Part shown: piece after piece, positions 17,850 through 24,408 of the stretch
How positions within the stretch are numbered: the first letter of the stretch is position 1
How the letters are laid out: every line of letters begins with the position of its first letter
NCBI GenBank assembly: GCA_047651235.1
Contig: CP178758.1
Span: forward strand, 1,590,001-1,622,000
Direction: 5' to 3'
Length of the DNA: 32,000 nt
Origin: Candidatus Electrothrix yaqonensis
GTDB lineage: Bacteria > Desulfobacterota > Desulfobulbia > Desulfobulbales > Desulfobulbaceae
Program-made: the position numbers and the translations under genes
The notes under the pieces: model-generated
The model's database searches: none
Seen by the model: the letters and a program-made list of their open reading frames with translations, nothing else
What the model was told of the DNA's origin: nothing

Positions 17850-18095
17850 GTGAATTGTTGGAAATATAAACAATGCGGTCGTGAGGAGGGGGGAGTACAT
17901 GCCGAAGAAAAAGGTGTGTGCCCGGCATACCCTGATCATGGCAAGCATTGCGCCCATATTGCTGGAACATTATGCGGGGGCAAGGTGCAGGGTGAATTTG
18001 TGATGAAGCTGCTTTCCTGCATGAAATGCGATTTTTATCAAAGTAAATATTACGACAGGTCGTATGGCGTGACAAAATATAAAAATATCAGCTGA
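17850..18095 (+). CDS. Stand-alone two-CW-domain-like Cys-rich miniprotein (81 aa)
   Basis: GTG start with GAAAGG upstream. NCWKYKQCGREEGG...GVCPA...HCAHIAGTLCGGKVQGEF..KLLSCMKCDFY matches the pattern I recall for the two-CW domain (normally N-terminal in deltaproteobacterial sensor kinases). Seven Cys. Confidence 0.55.
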   Translation: MNCWKYKQCGREEGGVHAEEKGVCPAYPDHGKHCAHIAGTLCGGKVQGEFVMKLLSCMKCDFYQSKYYDRSYGVTKYKNIS

Positions 18096-18107
18096 TAATT
18101 GAAAAGT

Positions 18108-19193
18108 TCATAAATCGGGCGGCTCCTGTGCTTCTGTTCGCCTGAAAAGCCGTCCGCGCCAGGCCCGCTTCCCGGCAGGGTAGGAGAATTCCAGCCGGTC
18201 ACGGAACACGCCGACCCGCAGCCCACGACTCAGGTGCAGTTCACTGTTGTTTCTGCCGCTGAGTGCAGCTTTGATAATCAGCAGGATATGGTCGTATTTT
18301 GCTCGGCAGCCCAGCTGCCACAGCAGCTGTTCGATCACCCGCCGCTGCAGGGCACTCTGCAGGTCGCAGAAAGGCCTGCGGAGGAGCTGCACAACAGTCG
18401 GTCCCTCCTGCTGCTCAGCCTCATCCAGCCGTACAATCTTTACAAATTTTACAACTTTTCTTTCAGCCTCTGCGGTCAGCTCCGCAAGCAGGTTCTCATC
18501 CTCGGCCAGACTGGCAGCCGTTTTGCGCAGGGATTTCCGTATCCCCGCATCAAAATGCTCCTCCAAAAACGGCAGCAGCTGATGTCGGACCCGATTGCGG
18601 AGAAAGAGCAGATCATTATTTGACGAATCAATACAATACGTGACCTGTTCTTTATCCAGCCAGACAAGCAGCTCGTTCTTGCCGACAGTGAGCAGCGGAC
18701 GGATCAGGTCTCTGCTCTGCATCCTCATCCCGGCAAGCCCCTGCCGCCCGCTTCCCCGCAGAAGACGCAGCAGAATTTCCTCTGCCTGATCATCGGCAGT
18801 ATGGGCGACAGCAATGTATTGTGCCTGCACCTCCTGCGCTGTTGCCCGGAGAGCCGCATAACGCAGATTACGGGCTGCATGTTCAAGAGAAAGACGCTGT
18901 TCAGCAGCGCAGGCGGCTGCATTCACCCGATGGCGGACCACCGGAATTCTCATTTTTTCTGCCGCAGCGCAGACGACTGCCTCTTCCTGCGGCGTTTCTT
19001 CCGGCCGCAGGCCGTGATCCACCCAGACTACTGTAAGATGCAGCTGTAACTGTTGCTGCACTCCGGCCAGCAGATGAAGCAGGGCTATGGAGTCCGGGCC
19101 GCCAGAAACCGCCACGACAATCCTGTCCCCCCGGCTGATTCCGCAGGATTGGGTCAGTGTATGAAAAAAAGTCCGGAGCAGGGAGATCTGCAT
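18108..19193 (-). CDS. tilS: tRNA(Ile)-lysidine synthetase
   Basis: PP-loop motif VAVSGGPDSIALLHLL near the N-terminus, ..VAHTADDQAEEILLRLLRGSG.. 361 aa. Confidence 0.88.
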   Translation of the reverse strand: MQISLLRTFFHTLTQSCGISRGDRIVVAVSGGPDSIALLHLLAGVQQQLQLHLTVVWVDHGLRPEETPQEEAVVCAAAEKMRIPVVRHRVNAAACAAEQRLSLEHAARNLRYAALRATAQEVQAQYIAVAHTADDQAEEILLRLLRGSGRQGLAGMRMQSRDLIRPLLTVGKNELLVWLDKEQVTYCIDSSNNDLLFLRNRVRHQLLPFLEEHFDAGIRKSLRKTAASLAEDENLLAELTAEAERKVVKFVKIVRLDEAEQQEGPTVVQLLRRPFCDLQSALQRRVIEQLLWQLGCRAKYDHILLIIKAALSGRNNSELHLSRGLRVGVFRDRLEFSYPAGKRAWRGRLFRRTEAQEPPDL

Positions 19194-19390
19194 GGATTTC
19201 CTTATACCCTGTTTAATTCTACTTTGTCAACCATAACCTTTTGATCTATTTGTAAAAACTTCTTGCAATATCCGGATAAAGTTGTATCTTTCATTAGGAA
19301 GATTTTATCGCTTTTTGATCAAGCTAGCACCTGATAACAGCTATCAAAAAAATACCCGTCAATCGCCCTGATTATAACTTTATTCTTTTT

Positions 19391-20379
19391 ATGAACGCTC
19401 CCAGCCCCGAAAAAAGAAGTCCCCATGACAAATTCTTTGAGTTGACCGGCATCGCCCGGCAACTTACGTCTTTTCACGAAAGATATCATCTCTTTTTTAA
19501 GAGACATACAGTAAGTTTGTCAGATAAAGCATTCCAATACTTGAAAGGTTTATTCCAGTCTGACAAAAAAACATGGAACGTATGGAGGAAAAGGTTCCGG
19601 GCGTTAAATATGAGCCCCTCCAGTATTTTCTTTCCGACTCGAACTGGGATTGGCGTCCTGTAAACAACCAAGTAGCTAAAGATGCAGATAAACTTTTAGG
19701 AGGAAAGGAAGATAGCGCTCTTTTAATTGATGAATCCGGGATACCCAAAAAGGGTAAAATGTCTGTTGGGGTTTCTCGTCAATGGTGCGGGCAGCTTGGT
19801 AAAACCGACAACTGTCAAGTAGTTCTACTTTGGCGATCATAAACATAACTAGCTTATTTTTATTAAGTATTTAAAAACCCCTGTTTTTAGTATTATTAAT
19901 ATTATTAAATAGTTAATGGTATGGTCACCAAAGTAGAATTAGTTGTCAGACGTGAGGTTAAGTCCCCGAAAAAAATTAAATATAGCCTAAGTAATGCGGA
20001 AAGTAACACGTCAACAAGACGACTTGCATATATGCAAGCTCAACGATATTGGGTTGAACGGCCATTTCAGGATGCAAAAAATGAATGTGGAATGGGTGAT
20101 TATCAGGCTCGGGGATGGCTGGCTTGGCATCATCATATGACTATGGTCATGATGGCCATGTTGTTTATGGTCGAGCAACGATTATACCATCAAGTCGGTG
20201 TCCCGTTATTGAGTTGCGCTGATATAACAACATTACTCAAGTCAATTCTTCCACGTCGAGATGTAAACGAAGATGAAGTTATAAGACAGCTTCGTCAACG
20301 GCATGAAAAGAGGCAAGCTTCGATTGATTTCGCATATGAGAAACAACCGAATTGCAAATTATTACCACAGCCTTTGTGA
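19391..20379 (+). pseudogene. IS701-family DDE transposase, frameshifted and internally deleted
   Basis: The N-terminal part is split over two frames at an A7 run (~19564): ..FHERYHLFFKRH..LKGLFQSDKK / MERMEEKVPGVKYEPLQYFLSDSNWDW...LLIDESGIPKKGKMSVGVSRQWCGQLGKTDNCQV. The C-terminal part (19921-20379) has YWVERPFQDAKNECGMGDYQARGWLAWHHHMTMVMMA. The central catalytic region is replaced by 78 bp of AT-rich DNA. Confidence 0.8.
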
Positions 20380-20631
20380 GTGCCAAAGTAGAAGTAAGGT
20401 CAGTCAGGAAATGCTCGACAAGGAAGAGCATTGACCTCCTACGGGGCCGGGTCGCAGCGGACAATAGGGGAAACCTGTCAGAATGGTAAACGAGAAAGAG
20501 AAAAACGTGGTCTGTCCCCTATTGTCCCTGACGTTTTGTTGGGATTTGTGCCTCGTTCCAAGCTACTGGGGGCCTGGGACAGACCTGTACGCCTGTCCCT
20601 ATAGTTGTGAGTACAAAGGGAAGTTATATCC

Positions 20632-21279
20632 CTATGAATTTTTATCGCTTTTCATATCAAGATTGATTTTTTTGTGAGTCGATTGGGTCTGATCAGTATT
20701 TTGATATTGTTCGTTTATCTTGTTTTTGCTATAAGCAAATAACCCTTCATCTATACCGATAAAACAGTTAGTTGAAGATTCCTGTATCTGCATTCCCCGT
20801 GTTTTTTTTTTGGCATGCCAGTCTGCCCAAAGTGTCCAGACAAAGGGATTATAAGGCTCCCAAGCCAGTCCCTGCTCAATCATCCGTTCAAGGCGGCGCA
20901 TAATCCCGGCTGAAAGATTATACCGTTTGAAGAGAATATCGCCCTGTTTACAAAGGGTACGAATAAAGAAATAGCTGTTGCCCGTCAGTTCGGCAAAACG
21001 AAGATTTTGCTCCTGGTTCCTGAAAAAGCGTTCTGCCAGATGCGCAGTGTCCTGTTGTTCACCAGTTTGTAATGCGTGAAGCAGTGATTCTCGTTCCGTA
21101 GCATTAACAGGAAAAACTTTGGGTCTTGATCTACCTCTTCCCTTGACATTTTTTTCAGACAAGATTTGATGCAGCTCCCTTGCCACCTTATCCTGAGCAC
21201 GATTCCTGAACACAGCCAGGGCACTTTCAAGATTCTGCTGCCATATAGCTGGAGCAACATAATTTGAATATGCCCACAA
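20632..21279 (-). CDS. Hypothetical protein; C-terminal half of a gene split by a MITE
   Basis: The first 11 codons (MWAYSNYVAPA) are encoded by MITE sequence. From IWQQNLESA.. onward it continues the upstream ORF 21346-22008 in frame once the MITE is removed. Confidence 0.6.
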   Translation of the reverse strand: MWAYSNYVAPAIWQQNLESALAVFRNRAQDKVARELHQILSEKNVKGRGRSRPKVFPVNATERESLLHALQTGEQQDTAHLAERFFRNQEQNLRFAELTGNSYFFIRTLCKQGDILFKRYNLSAGIMRRLERMIEQGLAWEPYNPFVWTLWADWHAKKKTRGMQIQESSTNCFIGIDEGLFAYSKNKINEQYQNTDQTQSTHKKINLDMKSDKNS

Positions 21280-21350
21280 GAGGCATAAGTTTTGCCTTCA
21301 CGCCTTTCAGATAGCTGATCCTGTATTCAGTTTATACTGCTCCAGCTATA
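21244..21350. mobile_element. 103-bp MITE (copy 1) with 11-13-bp terminal inverted repeats, flanked by TA/TA
   Basis: TA|TAGCTGGAGCA...TGCTCCAGCTA|TA. It differs at 1 of 103 positions from copy 2 at 23395-23497. Confidence 0.8.
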
Positions 21351-22008
21351 TCTGCTGATTTAGCGAATACAGCCCACGGAGTGCAGCGTACTGCTTTTTA
21401 AAATGGGAGTTCGCCTCAGCTCCGCTTGTGTAACAGACAGATTCGTGGATCATCAGAGCCAGCAGCATAAGTACCTGCTTGTTTTCGTCAGAACACCCCT
21501 GCAGGCCGAACAGAGCGACATCCAGATATTCAGGACGTCCATCTGATGCCAAACGCAACCAAGCAGGGACAAAACTCCTTTTTTCTTGCTGACGCCCAAG
21601 CAGTCGCCAGCACTCCAGAGCAGGATCGCGTTCAGGCGCGAGTCGCAAAGGAGTAAGCCAGCGCAACCAACTGTCAAGTCCCTGCTGGAGCTGATAGGGA
21701 AACATCTGCAAGTCAAGAAGCTGAACCGAAATCAGGCAATCACAGATATCCTTGCTATACACAGCAAAACCCAGCCTGTCGATCTTTCGGGCATATTCTT
21801 TGCGCATGGTGGTAAACCAAGCAAACAGAGCCATGTCTATCCGTTTTCGCCGTTCTGCAAATTCAGATACATAAGGAAATTCCTGCCAAAGCAGTTCCGG
21901 GATATCCATCCACGGTGACGATCCCAATCCAGCCCGACCGCTGAATAGATCGTTGACAGCTTTCCGGGGATCAGTATCAAAGGTGGACAGCCAGCGTTCA
22001 ATCAGCAT
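21346..22008 (-). CDS. Hypothetical protein; N-terminal half of the gene split by the MITE
   Basis: GGAGGG RBS upstream. The ATG overlaps the stop of the upstream gene fragment (ATGCTGA). The stop codon TAG lies inside the MITE terminus. Confidence 0.6.
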   Translation of the reverse strand: MLIERWLSTFDTDPRKAVNDLFSGRAGLGSSPWMDIPELLWQEFPYVSEFAERRKRIDMALFAWFTTMRKEYARKIDRLGFAVYSKDICDCLISVQLLDLQMFPYQLQQGLDSWLRWLTPLRLAPERDPALECWRLLGRQQEKRSFVPAWLRLASDGRPEYLDVALFGLQGCSDENKQVLMLLALMIHESVCYTSGAEANSHFKKQYAALRGLYSLNQQI

Positions 22009-22153
22009 GACACCCTCCCGCAGAGTTTTTCGCCAAAATCATACCGCTTGGTTTTGATCTGCAAGGCGGCGAGGTGCAGGTCACGGGTTTCACGTAGCGT
22101 ATCGTTTTTCTGTTGGTGCGGTTTTGAGACATAGCCTAATTTGACCAGATGTC
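22002..22153 (-). pseudogene. 3' fragment of a gene truncated by the IS630 insertion
   Basis: Open frame ..LVKLGYVSKPHQQKNDTLRETRDLHLAALQIKTKRYDFGEKLCGRVSC* runs from the IS630 boundary to a stop overlapping the next start. Confidence 0.5.
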
Positions 22154-23381
22154 TAGTGCTCTGTCAGATCTCAATTTTATGGTAAACGGATTTTAATTTG
22201 CACCGGGCGTCAGAGATTTTTATTTGCCAATCAACACCACGTTGACTGTTGTTCACATCGGTTGACCATGCGGCAATCTCTTCTTGTAACGTCTCAAGCT
22301 CCCCTATGCGACGACCAGAGAGGCATTGTCGAGTCATGGAACTCAGCTCATTTTCTGCTATATTGAGCCAGCTTCCATGCTTCGGGGTATAACAGAACTC
22401 AATCCGGCGCACTAATGCACGGGCACGATCAGGGGCAAAAGCTTCATAAAACGCTCCCTTTGTATGGGTATTGAGATTATCAGATACCAACGTAATCTTT
22501 TCAGACTCGGCATAGCGGCCTTCAAGGAGGCGGGCCACTTCGACGGCCCAGTCTGCTTTGGTTCGCCGTGGGCGTGCGGAGGCTTCACGCCACCCTGAAA
22601 GTGGCTCGGTAAACATAAAAATACTAGCGGTGCCGTTGCGTTCATACTCATAATCAACACGTTTCGGATGATTCTCTGTCGCCAGGATAGGCTTGCGAGT
22701 TTCCTTTATCAATTGAACGGGCTGCTCGTCCATGCAAATAAGAGGATGATCTTGATTATACGGTCTTTCATAGGCTTCCAGTACATCCTCCATATTGGCC
22801 GCAAATTCCGCATCTTTTTTTGGAGGAATAACCCAATATTGGATTTTTCGGTTGTTCATCCCGTTTTTTTTATTACCTGTCGAACACTTTCATGACTAAT
22901 CGACGGAACAATTTCCAATTCAACAACATGGCGGGCCAGCAAACGCAATGACCAGTTTGCATATCCCGGCGGAGGAGAACCAAGGCGAGTGGCAATGATT
23001 CTGGCTTCTTGCTCTCCGTTCAATAGTTTTGGAGTAGGCGGGGTTACACGTTTTTTTCCGTCAAGTGCTTGTTGAAAGCCGTGCAAAACAAAATTCTGAC
23101 GGATGTTCTCAACAGTTTTTGTCCTACAGTTGAACGCTTCTGCTATCCTACTGTCTGTCCAGCAGGGGCCATTTGCATCAGCCTTCAGTAATATGTGAGC
23201 ACGACGTACTTTTTGACTGCTCCCCGAAAGTTTTTTGATAGTCTCGTGTAAATGAGCGCATTCTTCTTGGGTCAACCGAACAATGTATTTTTTGGGCATG
23301 AAGAGCCTCCGAGTGTTTTTCGGCTTCATGTAACATACTTTCGGCAGGATTACTCTAAAATTTAGCTTTTACATAGCACTA
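22154..23381 (-). mobile_element. IS630-family insertion sequence (~1.2 kb) with flanking TA
   Basis: Imperfect TIRs: TA-gtgctctgtcagatctcaattttatgg (left) versus the reverse complement of ctctaaaatttagcttttacatagcac-TA (right), ~20/27 matches. Encodes the two-frame transposase. Confidence 0.85.
22164..23329 (-). CDS. IS630-family transposase, two frames joined at an A8 slippery run (-1 frameshift)
   Basis: ORF1 (22856-23329) is an HTH/winged-helix N-terminus. ORF2 (22164-22859) is the DDE domain (..YWVIPPKKDAEF..ICMDEQPVQL..VSDNLNTH..SWLNIAENE..). They overlap at A AAA AAA C (T-run at 22864-22871 on the + strand). Confidence 0.88.
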
Positions 23382-23592
23382 GTGCTCAGTCATATAGCTG
23401 GAGCAACATAATTTGAATATGCCTACAAGAGGCATAAGTTTTGCCTTCACGCCTTTCAGATAGCTGATCCTGTATTCAGTTTATACTGCTCCAGCTATAG
23501 CTAAATTTTAGGATTGCTATCTCCAAATAAGATACGAATATTAAACGAGTGCGACATGTTCAACCCTAAATTTTAGGCTTTACAAAGCAGTA
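23382..23592. mobile_element. IS630-derived miniature element (~104 bp) interrupted by MITE copy 2
   Basis: Its left end gtgctcagtca[TA-MITE-TA]gctaaattttagga and right end ccctaaattttaggctttacaaagcag-TA resemble the full IS630 TIRs at ~20/27 and ~21/27 positions. No coding capacity. Confidence 0.6.
23393..23499. mobile_element. 103-bp MITE (copy 2), TA-flanked, nested in the IS630-derived mini element
   Basis: Same sequence as 21246-21348 with one c/t difference (tgcccacaag versus tgcctacaag). Confidence 0.8.
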
Positions 23593-23709
23593 GCCCCGAA
23601 AGGGTAGGAGAAAGGAGATGGGAAAAAGAGTTCATGCATCCCGTTATCCAGCACTGTTGGCAGAGCACATGCGGTTGGCACCCTCTTGGACTTCTGGGCA
23701 GCAAATACC

Positions 23710-24348
23710 TCACGCAGTGAAATAGCGCATCAGGGCGACAGGAAGTGCCTTTCTCCCCCAATATCCGAGCCCCAGACGGTCGCGCAGAGCATGGGGCCAG
23801 TCGTCATCATCGCATTCCTCATGCACCTCATTCTGCAAGGCGGCGAAGACAGGACGGTTGTCACGGCAATCGTTCCACCTTGCAAAAAAACGCGCCGCTT
23901 CCTGTTTCGCATCGTAATTCCGACCGGAGTCGGCACGCCGCAAGAGAGACTTCAGCAAGTCAAACTTGTTTCTGAGTTCCGGAGGACCGAGCCCCTTGCC
24001 GCTGGAATTTTTCCATTTGACAAGAGGACGTTCAAGATTTTCAATCCGCACCAGAACCGTGTCCTCAGACAATCCTTCTTTCCACGCCGGGCGGTTAATT
24101 TCAAGAAAGGCATCCGGAATGCTTGAACGGAAAACCTCCTCCTGATTTTCTGTATAGTCCTTTCTGGCTGCCGTCCAGTCTGCCCATGTCATTTTGTCTG
24201 CGTCATCATGCGGCAGATAAATCTCAAACTGTTCCCATCGTTGATCCGATGCTCGCTCCTCAAAGCGGCAATTGTCGGCAACAGCGGCTTCAACAGTATT
24301 TGAGGAACGGGCCAGTTTGTCTAAGAATGATCTGAAATTTAAAGACAT
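23710..24348 (-). CDS. Hypothetical protein (212 aa), first gene of the disrupted accessory cassette
   Basis: Clean ORF with no family recognised (..WPHALRDRLGLGYWGRKALPV..). An open +1 frame continues past its stop toward the IS630 junction. Confidence 0.5.
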   Translation of the reverse strand: MSLNFRSFLDKLARSSNTVEAAVADNCRFEERASDQRWEQFEIYLPHDDADKMTWADWTAARKDYTENQEEVFRSSIPDAFLEINRPAWKEGLSEDTVLVRIENLERPLVKWKNSSGKGLGPPELRNKFDLLKSLLRRADSGRNYDAKQEAARFFARWNDCRDNRPVFAALQNEVHEECDDDDWPHALRDRLGLGYWGRKALPVALMRYFTA

Positions 24349-24408
24349 AACTTATTTCACAGAATGAAAGAACACGATTGCTGAATAGAAGTCTGCTCCT
24401 GCCAGCCA

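Noticed and set aside
19391-19842. Two overlapping 90-aa ORFs as independent genes
   Set aside because: Together they reconstitute the N-terminal third of an IS701-family transposase across an A7-run frameshift, so I treated them as one pseudogene.
20483-20677. 64-aa + strand ORF (MVNEKEKNVVCPLLSL...)
   Set aside because: It overlaps the palindromic repeat cluster and the 3' end of the - strand gene, and has no RBS or recognisable family. Likely spurious.
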